Assembly (NCBI GenBank): GCA_963716725.1 | Contig: CAVQUB010000002.1 | Location: forward strand, 160,001 to 224,000 | DNA length: 64,000 bases | Origin: an uncultured delta proteobacterium | GTDB lineage: Bacteria > Myxococcota_A > Polyangia > Polyangiales > Polyangiaceae | Reading direction: 5' to 3' | Shown here: positions 41,275 through 50,697 of the stretch, one piece after another | Layout: each line of letters begins with the position of its first letter | How positions within the stretch are numbered: the stretch's first letter is position 1 | The notes under the pieces: model-generated | Databases searched by the model: none | What the model was told of the DNA's origin: nothing | The model's input: the letters and a program-made list of their open reading frames with translations, nothing else | Position numbers and translations under genes: made by a program

Positions 41275-42253
41275 ATGACTTCATCCCTCCGACTGGCCTC
41301 CGCGTTCTTGCTCTTCTCCAGCGTCGGTATCTGCGGTTGCAGCTCCGGCGACAGCGGTGGTGGCTCCGGCGGCGGTGCGGGTGGCAGCGGCGGCACCGTC
41401 TCGACCGGCGGCTCGGGCGGTTCCGGGGGCGCAGGCGGAAGCGGCGGAAGCACTTCGTGTTCCGAAGGTCCGGGCTTCCCCTCGAGCGCCCCCCAGCAGC
41501 CGGTCGCAGAGCTCACCGCCACCATTCTGGATCTCGGAGGCGCGCCAGCCGCAAACGTCGGCGTTCAGCTCTGTGGTCTCGATCTCTGCATCAACGGCAG
41601 CACCACCGACCAGGGCGTCGTGTGTTCGGACAAGGGAACGGGCTTCTGCACGCCGGGCCTGACCTCGACGGATAGTTTCAAGCTGCCCGCGTTCAAATAC
41701 GGCGACGGCATCGGGTTCGTGAAGTTCGCGCAGCTCCTGCCTGCGGGCACCACCAAGCACAACGTCGGCACCGTGATGACCGCCAAGCTACCGGATGTCG
41801 CGCAAGGCGTCGCGCTGACGCCCGGCGGGTCCGCGACCAGCAGCGGCGTCGTGCTGACCTTGGCGGCGGGCGCCAAAGATCACTATCGACGAGCTGACCT
41901 TCGACACGCCCGAGCTCCAGAAATTCCGCGCTGCGGAGGTGCCCATCGCCAAGGCTCCGCCGGCCGTAGACAAGAGCGCCGGCTTCGAGATCATCGTGGG
42001 CACGACGCCCATCAACACCGAGCTCTGCCCGCACGGCGGGCTGAGCGTACCGAACACCGCCGGCTGGGCAGCGGACACCGAGGTCGAGTTCTGGCTCCAC
42101 GGCGTGGAGGCGAGCGAAGACAAACTGTGGGCGCCCTACGGGGGCTGGGCCAAGGTCAGCGGGGGCAAGGTGAGCTCCGACGGCAAGAGCGTCGTCACCC
42201 ACGACGGCGAGGGCGTTCCCGTCCTGGGCGTCTTCGGCATCAAGAAGAAGTGA
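41275..42253 (+). pseudogene. Gly-rich lipoprotein with beta-rich domain, split by one extra base (possibly a sequencing error)
   Basis: Reads ...LAAGAK, then continues ITIDELTFDTPELQKF...GVFGIKKK* (stop 42251-42253) if one A is removed at 41875-41877. Confidence 0.7.
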
Positions 42254-42939
42254 TGCGAGTCCGCGTTCGCCCCTGCGGGTTCGTCGCAGCGCTCGCGCTC
42301 GGCGCAGCGGCCTGCGGGACCAACCGCCCCGACATCCCCGACTACCTGCTGCAGGACGACTCGGGTTCGACGGCGGGCTATCCGAGCGGGCCCTACGCCA
42401 AAGACATCAAAAGCGACATCGGCCGGCCCATCGCCAACATCCAGTTCCAAAAGGGCTGGCTCGACCCCATGGCCGAGGGCTACGACCTGGCCAAGCTCGT
42501 GCCCGTAGCGCTCGCGGACTTCTACGACCCGGATGGCAGCAAGGGGATCGAGCTGATCCTGCTCAACACCGCGGCGGGCTGGTGCGGCGCCTGCAAGAAC
42601 GAGCACGCGGGCACCGGCAAGAGCCCTTCCCTCGGCGAGCACGCCGCGAGCCTCGCGCCTCGGGGCTTCGTGGCATTGAGCGCGCTGTTCGAAGACGGCA
42701 ACTTCAACCCCGCGCAAGACAAGCACCTGGTGGCCTGGGCCAAGACCTACGAGACCAATTTCCCCTTCGTGCTCGACCCCGAGAACCAACTCGGCGGCAC
42801 CTTCGGCGTCGATCAGACGGCGCCGCTCAACCTCGTCGTCGACGCCAAGACCATGAAGGTCCTGTTCGGCACGACCGGCGACAAGGGCGAAGTCATCTGG
42901 CCCTTCGTCGAGGGCGAGCTCGACAAGCGCGGAAAGTAG
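42253..42939 (+). CDS. Thioredoxin-fold (redoxin) lipoprotein, WCGAC
   Basis: ATG overlaps the upstream TGA; lipobox AAAC; AAGWCGAC, NFPFVLDP, APLNLVVD. Confidence 0.85.
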   Translation: MRVRVRPCGFVAALALGAAACGTNRPDIPDYLLQDDSGSTAGYPSGPYAKDIKSDIGRPIANIQFQKGWLDPMAEGYDLAKLVPVALADFYDPDGSKGIELILLNTAAGWCGACKNEHAGTGKSPSLGEHAASLAPRGFVALSALFEDGNFNPAQDKHLVAWAKTYETNFPFVLDPENQLGGTFGVDQTAPLNLVVDAKTMKVLFGTTGDKGEVIWPFVEGELDKRGK

Positions 42940-42943
42940 CCCG

Positions 42944-44833
42944 ATGCGCAGCCGGCTCGGTCACGCCGCCCTCTCGGCAGCGCTGGGGATCACGCTCTCG
43001 TCCCCGGCGCACGCCCTCGAGCCGGGCAAGATCGGCGACGACGCGGTGCACCTGGACGTGACCAACGCGACCAGCGTGCTCTACAACTTCGACAACCGCG
43101 ACACGCGCCCGCTCGACGTGCCCACCCGCGCCAACGACGAGTGGGGCATGTGGTACAATCGCCTCAACCTGCAGGCGTCTTGGGGCAAGGTCACCGCCGG
43201 GCTCCGCATCGACAACGCCTGGTTTTATCGGTCGCCCTACCCCGAGGCCATCGCCCTCGACGTGGTCGAGACACGGCCCGCGGGCGGCGGCCTCGGCGAT
43301 GCCCAGCTCTTCCGCCAAAAGTTCGACGAGGCTGGGGCCGAGCTGTCGAACCGCTACATCAACTGGGTCTACCCGTCGAAATACTACGTCGGCTACACCA
43401 CGCGCGACGTCGAGCTGACGGCCGGAGACTTCTACGCCTCCCTCGGGCGCGGCTTCGTGCTCAGCGTGCGCAAGATGGACGAGCTGGCGAGCGACACCAC
43501 GGTCCGCGGCGCCCGCGTGACCGGCCGCGTGAACGCCGGCCCGCTCAAGCTCCGGCTCACGGCCCTGGGTGGCGAGATGAACCCGCTGCGCATCGACGAG
43601 TCCAGCGGCCGATACCTGGGCGTGCACGACAGCGTGACCCCGAGCTGGCTGGTTGCCACCGAGGCCGGCATGCCCCGAGCGGTGGACACCGACTTCCTGC
43701 GGGCCTCCCCCAGCTACTCGCCCGATCGCCTGGCCGCCGCGCAAATCGAGATCGCGCCCGAGGGCCTCAAGCTCGGCACTCAGGCTTCGTTCCTGCGGCG
43801 CCAAGCTCCGCTGACCTCGGACGTGATCCGCCAGGCCGACACCGTGCTCACCGGCAGCCAGTCCATCGAGGTGGCCGACTTCGGCGGCCACGGCGACGGC
43901 TACGTCGAGGTGGCGATGCAGAGCCTGGACGACGCCGACCGGGACTCGGCGAGCTCCGGCGGCGAGCTGCTGGGCGGCAAGAAGGGCTACGCGGTCTACG
44001 CGGCGGCCACGTTGATCACGGATCCACTGAGCTTCAGCTTCGAGGGCAAGCACTACCGACGCTTCTTTGCCCTCGCCGCCAACGTGGAAACGGCGCGGGC
44101 CCGGGAGTTCTCCTTGGTTCAGTACAGCGCGCCGCCGACCACCGAGGCCTTCTGGGTCGACTCCGAGTTCGAGGGCTTCAACACCTGCGTCACCGGCGGT
44201 CGCCTCAAGGGCGACGTTCACCTCGGCAAGGACGAGAGCGTGTTCGCCTGGGTCGGGCACTATCGAACTTGGGCCGAGCGCTCCCTCAATGAGCGTTGCG
44301 ACACCGCCGACGCCAACCTGAATCGAGTCTGGGATCTGGCGACCGGGATGGAGATCACCAGTCAGAAGCGCAAGAGCCGCGCGAACCTCACGGTCGGCGC
44401 ACGCATCGACCAGGCCGAAGAAGAGATCTCCACCACCACCGGCGCCCAGACCCACCTGTACTACCAGGAGAGCTACGCGCGCTACGACGTGATCCGACAC
44501 CTCGGCGGGCCCTTCTCGCTGCAGCTCCAGGGCTGGCACCGGCGGCGGCACCAGGTCGTGGGCGGCCCCGAGCACCCGTGGTTCGAAGGCCAGCACCTGA
44601 CCGGTGTGGACTTCGCCCCCTACCTCTCGGCGGCCTTCGGGGTGGAATACAGCACCAACCCCGCCGTCCCCGACACCTACTTCAACGGCCAGGTCGCCTA
44701 CAAGATCACGCAGTCGTCGAGCGTGAGCGGCTTCGTCGGCCAGCGCCGCGGCGCGCTGCGCTGCGTGGGCGGGGTCTGCCGCATCTACCCAGCCTTCGAG
44801 GGCGCGCGCATCGATGCCACGGTGAGGTTCTGA
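42944..44833 (+). CDS. Outer-membrane beta-barrel protein, DUF6029-like
   Basis: Signal peptide; AGDFYASLGRGFVL; amphipathic strands; C-terminus RGALRCVGGVCRIYPAFEGARIDATVRF ending in F. Confidence 0.75.
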   Translation: MRSRLGHAALSAALGITLSSPAHALEPGKIGDDAVHLDVTNATSVLYNFDNRDTRPLDVPTRANDEWGMWYNRLNLQASWGKVTAGLRIDNAWFYRSPYPEAIALDVVETRPAGGGLGDAQLFRQKFDEAGAELSNRYINWVYPSKYYVGYTTRDVELTAGDFYASLGRGFVLSVRKMDELASDTTVRGARVTGRVNAGPLKLRLTALGGEMNPLRIDESSGRYLGVHDSVTPSWLVATEAGMPRAVDTDFLRASPSYSPDRLAAAQIEIAPEGLKLGTQASFLRRQAPLTSDVIRQADTVLTGSQSIEVADFGGHGDGYVEVAMQSLDDADRDSASSGGELLGGKKGYAVYAAATLITDPLSFSFEGKHYRRFFALAANVETARAREFSLVQYSAPPTTEAFWVDSEFEGFNTCVTGGRLKGDVHLGKDESVFAWVGHYRTWAERSLNERCDTADANLNRVWDLATGMEITSQKRKSRANLTVGARIDQAEEEISTTTGAQTHLYYQESYARYDVIRHLGGPFSLQLQGWHRRRHQVVGGPEHPWFEGQHLTGVDFAPYLSAAFGVEYSTNPAVPDTYFNGQVAYKITQSSSVSGFVGQRRGALRCVGGVCRIYPAFEGARIDATVRF

Positions 44834-46203
44834 TCCACAGCTTTCGTCGCGAGCTTCGCACGACTGTCTCTCTCGCGACTCCGCTGGTGCTCGGCCATTT
44901 CTCCACCGGCCTCATCAGCTTCGTAGACAGCGTGATCGCGGGTCATCACGGCACGCGCACCCTGGCCTCCGTCACCATCGGGAGCGCCCTGATGTGGCTG
45001 CCGCTCACGGTCGTGCTCGGCACCCTGATGAGCGTGCCGCCCGCGGTGTCCCAGCTCGCAGGCGCCGGGCGTCGGGACGAGATCGGCCCGCTCTTCCGCC
45101 AGGCGCTGTGGGTGGCGCTCGGCTTCGGGCCGCTGCTCTTCGCCTACCTCACCTTCGTGCCCAGCGCGCTCGGACTCATGGGCATCTCGCCGGAGATCGC
45201 CCCGGGCACCACCGGCTTCTTGCACGGCGTCCGCTGGGGCCTTCCGGGCTTCACGCTCTTTTTATGCCTTCGTTACCTGGCGGACGGGCTGCACCACACG
45301 CTGCCCTCGATGGTGCTGGCGATCGCGGGGCTGTTCTTGCTGGTGCCCACCGGCTACGCGCTGACCTTCGGCGCCTTCGGTCTGCCGGAGCTCGGGGCCA
45401 AGGGCCTCGGCATCGCCTCGGCCGTGGTCATGTGGTTCCAGGCCATCGCGCTCGCGCTGTATCTGGCGAAGGCGCGGCGCTTCCGCGAGTACGGCCTCTT
45501 CAGTCGCTTCGATCCGCCGCGCCAGGCCGAGATCCGGGAGCTGCTCGCGGTCGGAGCTCCGATCGGCTTCACGGTACTGATGGAAGGCAGCCTCTTCATC
45601 TTCGCCTCGCTGCTCATCGGCAGGCTCGGCGAGGTCCCCGCCGCGGCGCACCAAATCGCCATCAACGTGGCCAGTCTCTGTTTCATGATCCCGCTCGGGT
45701 TGGCCGAGGCCACGACGGTGCGTGTTGGACACGCCGTGGGCTCGGGCGACAGCCTCGGGATCCGACGCGCCGCCCTCGCAGGCTTCGTGGTCATGCTCGG
45801 AACGCAGGCCGTGACGGCCACGGCGCTCATCCTGGGCCGACACTCGGTGGTCACGCTCTACTCGAGGGACGTCGCCGTCGGCACCCTGGCCACCGGCCTC
45901 ATCGCCTACGCCGCGGCTTTCCAATTCCCCGACGGCGCCCAGGTGCTCTCGAACGGCGCCCTGCGCGGCCTGAAGGACACCCGCCGGCCGATGCTGCTGG
46001 CTGCCCTCGCGTACTGGGGCGTAGGCATTCCGCTCGGCGCCGGCCTCGCGCTCGGCGCCGGCCTCGGGCCCAAAGGCATGTGGATCGGGATGATCGCCGG
46101 GCTCAGCGTCGCGGCGGTGTTGCTCGCAACGCGCTTCGTGCGCGTGTCGGCGAACGCGCCCCCAAAGCGACCGCTCGTGCGGGGTGCTTCCGTGACAGAA
46201 TAG
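44830..46203 (+). CDS. MATE-family efflux transporter (NorM-like)
   Basis: FVDSVIAG, PELGAKGLGIAS, AAHQIAIN, FQFPDGAQV...GALRGLKDT; no ATG at the expected N-terminus (CTG overlapping the upstream stop, or GTG 44887). Confidence 0.9.
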   Translation: MIHSFRRELRTTVSLATPLVLGHFSTGLISFVDSVIAGHHGTRTLASVTIGSALMWLPLTVVLGTLMSVPPAVSQLAGAGRRDEIGPLFRQALWVALGFGPLLFAYLTFVPSALGLMGISPEIAPGTTGFLHGVRWGLPGFTLFLCLRYLADGLHHTLPSMVLAIAGLFLLVPTGYALTFGAFGLPELGAKGLGIASAVVMWFQAIALALYLAKARRFREYGLFSRFDPPRQAEIRELLAVGAPIGFTVLMEGSLFIFASLLIGRLGEVPAAAHQIAINVASLCFMIPLGLAEATTVRVGHAVGSGDSLGIRRAALAGFVVMLGTQAVTATALILGRHSVVTLYSRDVAVGTLATGLIAYAAAFQFPDGAQVLSNGALRGLKDTRRPMLLAALAYWGVGIPLGAGLALGAGLGPKGMWIGMIAGLSVAAVLLATRFVRVSANAPPKRPLVRGASVTE

Positions 46204-46241
46204 GGCGCATCAGCCAGCATGCTGGGTGGGAGGAGTTCCGG

Positions 46242-47489
46242 ATGACAGCCTCGAGACGAGCAGGTGGGATCTTCGTGGGGCTCGCCCTGGCGGCAGCCTG
46301 CTCCGCGAGCGGCGGCGCGGGCGACGGCGACAACGCGGGCGGCGCTCCCGGCGGCGGCAGCTCAGGGTCCGGCGGCAGCGGCGGGCTCAGCGTCGGCGGC
46401 ACGTCCGGCGACGGTGGCAGCGTCAATTTCGACTCGGGCGTTGGGGGCTCCGGCGGCGACATCGGCGACTCCGGATGTTCCACCTACACGGACGAAGCGA
46501 AGCAGACCTACGAGCCCGCGGACATCATCTGGGCCGTCGACACCTCCGGCAGCATGGTCGAAGAAGCGGCCGCCGTTCAGGCCAACATCAACGCCTTCAG
46601 TCAGCAGATCTCCGCGACCGGGATCGACGTGCACGTGGTGATGCTGGCGGCCTACCCATTTTTGATCCTGCCGGGCATCTGCGTGCCCGCGCCCCTCGGG
46701 TCGGGACTGTGCCCGTCGGCGGGCTCAGACACCAAGCTGCCCAACTTCTGGCACCACCCGACGGGCGTCGTCGAGAGCGTCGACGCCGCCTTGCGCCTGG
46801 TGCAACTCTTCCCCGACTACAAGTTCATGCTGCGGCCCGGCGTGTTCAAATACGTCGTGGTCGTCACCGACGACGACTCCAAGAACAACCCCAACAGCTC
46901 GGGCAACGCCGGAAAATACGACGACAACCCCAGCGGTTTCATCACGGATTTCACCAACCTCGACCCGATGATGAAAGACGGCGCCGGGGGCCGCATGTGG
47001 AAGCTGTCGTCGATCTACTCGTTTTCGCAGTGCTCGAACGCCGCCAACATCGGCCAGGTCTGGAAGCAGATCGTCAACACCACCGGAGGAGTGCACGGCG
47101 ACATCTGCAACTGCCCCCCGGGACAGACTCAAGCCTGCGCGCAGACCTTCCAGAAGGTCTTCGACGAGCTGGCCAAGAAGATCATCGCCGGCGCCAAGCC
47201 CCTGGCCTGCGAGTGGACGATCCCGGCGCCGGAGCCCGGCAAGACCCTCGATCCGAACAAGGTGAACGTCGAGTTCGTCGACCAGGCCAGCGGAACGCCA
47301 AAGACGATCTACCACGTCAACGACGCAGCGGCCTGCGACGGGACGCTGGGCGGCTGGTACTACAACGACAACAAGACACCGACCACGATCAAGCTCTGCC
47401 CCGCGAGCTGCGCCGAGGTGACCGGCGCCGCGCAGGGCAGCAAGATCAACGTCGTGTTCGGCTGCGCGACCCTGAACATCCCGAAGTGA
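46242..47489 (+). CDS. vWA-domain lipoprotein
   Basis: Lipobox LAAAC, Gly linker, MIDAS DTSGSM, VVVTDD, C-terminal GWYY...LCPASC module. Confidence 0.85.
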   Translation: MTASRRAGGIFVGLALAAACSASGGAGDGDNAGGAPGGGSSGSGGSGGLSVGGTSGDGGSVNFDSGVGGSGGDIGDSGCSTYTDEAKQTYEPADIIWAVDTSGSMVEEAAAVQANINAFSQQISATGIDVHVVMLAAYPFLILPGICVPAPLGSGLCPSAGSDTKLPNFWHHPTGVVESVDAALRLVQLFPDYKFMLRPGVFKYVVVVTDDDSKNNPNSSGNAGKYDDNPSGFITDFTNLDPMMKDGAGGRMWKLSSIYSFSQCSNAANIGQVWKQIVNTTGGVHGDICNCPPGQTQACAQTFQKVFDELAKKIIAGAKPLACEWTIPAPEPGKTLDPNKVNVEFVDQASGTPKTIYHVNDAAACDGTLGGWYYNDNKTPTTIKLCPASCAEVTGAAQGSKINVVFGCATLNIPK

Positions 47490-47525
47490 GCGCGGGCTGC
47501 CGGCGCGCAGGTCGAGCCCGCCGGA

Positions 47526-48065
47526 CTACTTGATCCCGAGGGCCGCTTCGACGTCGCGATCCACCGCGCTCGCGTCGCCGGTGGTGTAGCCCTCTTTCTT
47601 CGCGATGATGCCGCCATCGCGCCCGATCAGCACGCTGAAGGGCGCGCTGGTCTTGGGATTGTAGAGGGCGACCACGCGGGTCTCTTGATCGAGCAAGATC
47701 GGAAACGAAACCCCGAGCTTCGAGACGGTGCTCTTGACCCCAGCGATGGACTCCGGGCCGTCGATGGAGATGCCGAGCACCACGAAGCCCTTGTCCTTGT
47801 GCTTCTTGTAGACCTCGTCGAGGTGCGGCATCGAGGCCAGGCAGGGATCACAGAACGTGGCCCAGAAGTCGATCAAGACCACGTCTTTGCCCAGGTGATC
47901 CGAGAGCCGAACGGTCTTGCCGTCGAGGGTCGAGAGCTCGAAATCCGGGGGGCGCGCCCCGCCGCTCTGGGCGCCGGCGGCTCCGGGAGTCGAGCCGCTA
48001 CAGCTCGCGCAACCGAGCGCTCCGAGCATCACGGCGGCGCGGAGCGCGATGGCGATGGGCCTCAT
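47526..48065 (-). CDS. TlpA-family disulfide reductase lipoprotein, FCDPC
   Basis: PDFELSTLDG, DFWATFCDPC, GISID, FPILLD, APFSVLI. Confidence 0.92.
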   Translation of the reverse strand: MRPIAIALRAAVMLGALGCASCSGSTPGAAGAQSGGARPPDFELSTLDGKTVRLSDHLGKDVVLIDFWATFCDPCLASMPHLDEVYKKHKDKGFVVLGISIDGPESIAGVKSTVSKLGVSFPILLDQETRVVALYNPKTSAPFSVLIGRDGGIIAKKEGYTTGDASAVDRDVEAALGIK

Positions 48066-48781
48066 TGAGGGAGGCTGGCGAGGGCTGCGTCGATTTCCGC
48101 GAGCACGCCGTTGGGTCCGGTGACCGCGCCGCCCGAGAGCTTGGTGACGATCTTCATGGTCTTGGCGTCGACCAGGACGCCGCCAGGGATCGTCGCCTGC
48201 TCGAAGTACTGCCCCATCTTGAAGGCCGGATCGACGGCGAGCGGGAACTTCACCTTGTACTTCTCGCCCCATGCCTTGATGTTGGTCGGGCTCGCGGGCC
48301 CGGGCGGACTCGCAGCGTTCTCCATCAGCGTGCCGATCACGGCGACGCCGCGCGGCTTGAGCTCTTTCTCGTAGGTGTCCTCGTCCCGCATCTGTGCGTA
48401 CTCGGCGTTGCAGGGGCCGCACCACACCGCCGACGCGTTCACCCAGATCAGCTTCCAGGGCTTGCTGCCGTCGGGGTTGTAGAACTGGCCGATGCCCACC
48501 TCGTCCAACGCCTCGGTGTCGTAGTTGGAGTCACCGGGCGCGTTCCACCCGAGCAGCTGGAGGGGCGCGATGACCGAGTCCAATTGCGAGCCGTAGGGCG
48601 CCGCGGGGTACTCGTAGTGGGCGAAGGGTGGCTTGGTAACGTTGGAACCCCCGTCGGGTCCGACGGTCACCACCGTGCCGTGATCGAAGTCGCCCTGCTT
48701 CGGAGGGTCGCCCGCGTCGGAGCCGCAGGCCGTCAAACTGGTGAGGGTGAGAACGCCGACGCTCGCGAGTATCGTCTTCAT
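48062..48781 (-). CDS. Thioredoxin-fold lipoprotein, WCGPC; paralog of 42253-42939
   Basis: Lipobox LTAC; YPAAPY, FYNPDGSK, SAVWCGPC, KFPLAVDP, VDAKTMK shared with the paralog. Confidence 0.85.
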   Translation of the reverse strand: MKTILASVGVLTLTSLTACGSDAGDPPKQGDFDHGTVVTVGPDGGSNVTKPPFAHYEYPAAPYGSQLDSVIAPLQLLGWNAPGDSNYDTEALDEVGIGQFYNPDGSKPWKLIWVNASAVWCGPCNAEYAQMRDEDTYEKELKPRGVAVIGTLMENAASPPGPASPTNIKAWGEKYKVKFPLAVDPAFKMGQYFEQATIPGGVLVDAKTMKIVTKLSGGAVTGPNGVLAEIDAALASLPQ

Positions 48782-48935
48782 GGGTAGCCTCCCGGGAATG
48801 TGCTAGACCCGCCGGGAGCATGAGCGGGAGCGGCTATCCCGTCAAGCGACGCGCGGGCTTCCCGCGCTGGGCGCGCCGCGCTAAGGGCGAGCCCCATCCG
48901 GGGCCCTTGGGTCCGAGGCAGAGCGGAAGGTCAGC

Positions 48936-50507
48936 ATGATCACTTCGAGACTGGGGTCGGACAAGGGACTGGGCCGCCGCGTACGGCGTGCCCTCGGGAT
49001 GCTGGTCGGACTGCTCGCCGTGTCCACGCTCGGCCTCGCGGCCTGCGGCGGCGACGAAGCCACGCCCTGCGAAGGGGTGACCGTCAACGGCGAGTGCCAG
49101 CAGAAGTGCTCCGAGGCCGTCTGCGCGGCGCAAGGCATGAAGTGCGTGGGCAACTCCTGCGGCCAGACCTGCGCCGATCCGGTCAAGGACTGCCCAGCGG
49201 GCAAGTACTGCTTTGCGCTGAACACCGACGACGGCACGGCGGGTCAGTATTGCGCCTGGGCGCCCTTCACCAAGGGCGGCAAGCTGCTCGGCCAGTACGA
49301 TACCCAGTGCGCGGCCGACGATCAGTGCGACGCGCTGCGCGGCTACAAATGCCTGGCGGGGACCTGCAAGCTCACGGGCTGCACGTCGAACGCGGCCTGC
49401 GCGGAGATCCCGGGCGCTTGCGTCAAGGATCCGAGCGGCGACCCGACCAAGAACTTCTGCGAGAAGGGCGACAAGCGCCTGGGCCTCGGTGAGGCGTGCC
49501 AGAAGTCGAGCGAGTGCGACGGCGATCTGAACCTGGGCTGCGTGAGCGGCGCCTGCGCCTACGTCGGCTGCGCCACCCACTCGGACTGCGCGAGCGTGGG
49601 CGAGTGCAAGTCAGCCAAGACCGCCGAAGGACAAGACGTGCTCGCCTGCGTCAAGGGCACCACCTATCCCAAGGGGCAGTTTGGCACGTCGTGTCCGGGT
49701 GGTTCGACAGCGAAGGAATGCGACGAAGCCGCCGGCTTCGTCTGCATCGGCGCCGGCGTCGGTGACGTCGACGCCTACTGCACCGATACGGGCTGCAAGG
49801 CCGACGGCGACTGCGCCGCGGGCTACGAGTGCCAGGCCCTGCGCACCAGCAAGAAGCCCTGCGCGGACGCCTGCGGGGTCACCGGCGCCACCGGCGGGGG
49901 CTGCGTGGCAGCTGACGACATCGGTGCCGGGAAAGAATACTCGTGCGGCGCCACCAGCCTGCTGCGCAACATCTGCATGAAGCGCTCGTTCTGCTCCGAG
50001 TGCCAGAACGACGACGACTGCCGCACGCAGCCGAACCAGATCTGCGCCAGCGACGGCAAGGGCCACAAGTACTGCACGGTGCTCTGCGAGCCTGCGCAGT
50101 CCAACGCCTGCGTGTGGGGCAGCGCGGCCGAATGCGCCGTGCACGACACCGCCCTCGGCAAGCCGACCTGCGCGCACCGCTTCGGCGCCTGCAAAGGCAC
50201 CGGCAAGACCTGCGAACCTTGCGTGGACGACGCCGACTGCCCCACCGGGTTTTGCACCGGCTCGGACTACACCGGCGAGCGCTACTGCGTGGACATCACG
50301 CCGAGCTGCGACTGCACTGGCCTCCAGCTCACCCAAGACACGCTGTGCGTGGGCGGCGGCTGCCCGACCTCGCCCAGCGGCATCGCGACCAACTGCTATG
50401 GCGGGTCGAAAATGTCGACGAGCCCATATTACAAAAAGTGCATTGGCGCCGATATCCTCGAGGGCAAGAAGTCCCCGTACACCAAGCCCGGCTGCTGGCC
50501 GGAGTGA
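48936..50507 (+). CDS. Cys-rich repeat lipoprotein
   Basis: Lipobox LAAC; many CxxxxDC-type repeats (CAADDQC, CATHSDC, CKADGDC, CVDDADC); start may be 48999. Confidence 0.85.
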   Translation: MITSRLGSDKGLGRRVRRALGMLVGLLAVSTLGLAACGGDEATPCEGVTVNGECQQKCSEAVCAAQGMKCVGNSCGQTCADPVKDCPAGKYCFALNTDDGTAGQYCAWAPFTKGGKLLGQYDTQCAADDQCDALRGYKCLAGTCKLTGCTSNAACAEIPGACVKDPSGDPTKNFCEKGDKRLGLGEACQKSSECDGDLNLGCVSGACAYVGCATHSDCASVGECKSAKTAEGQDVLACVKGTTYPKGQFGTSCPGGSTAKECDEAAGFVCIGAGVGDVDAYCTDTGCKADGDCAAGYECQALRTSKKPCADACGVTGATGGGCVAADDIGAGKEYSCGATSLLRNICMKRSFCSECQNDDDCRTQPNQICASDGKGHKYCTVLCEPAQSNACVWGSAAECAVHDTALGKPTCAHRFGACKGTGKTCEPCVDDADCPTGFCTGSDYTGERYCVDITPSCDCTGLQLTQDTLCVGGGCPTSPSGIATNCYGGSKMSTSPYYKKCIGADILEGKKSPYTKPGCWPE

Positions 50508-50697
50508 GCCGTAGCCCAGGCGTGGTAGCGGGGACCTGGGCCGCGCCCGCCGTATTGCCACGCCGCTAGTTTCGTCGTACGAGCCCGCCCGTGGCGCTGC
50601 ATTGCATGCGCTTCAGGGGCCCGTCGTCCAACGGCTGGGTCCGGCCGGGGGAGCATCCGGCGGACGGCCACGACTGAATCAATAGGAGAGCTTTATC

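Noticed and set aside
41269..42939. 556-aa lipoprotein-redoxin fusion in the ORF track
   Set aside because: Produced by a +1 base at 41875-41877; the middle is out-of-frame Arg-rich sequence and the redoxin has its own ATG and lipobox at 42253.
46214..46225. 12-bp palindrome CCAGCATGCTGG before the vWA gene
   Set aside because: Single short GC-rich palindrome, plausible by chance, with no second copy noticed.
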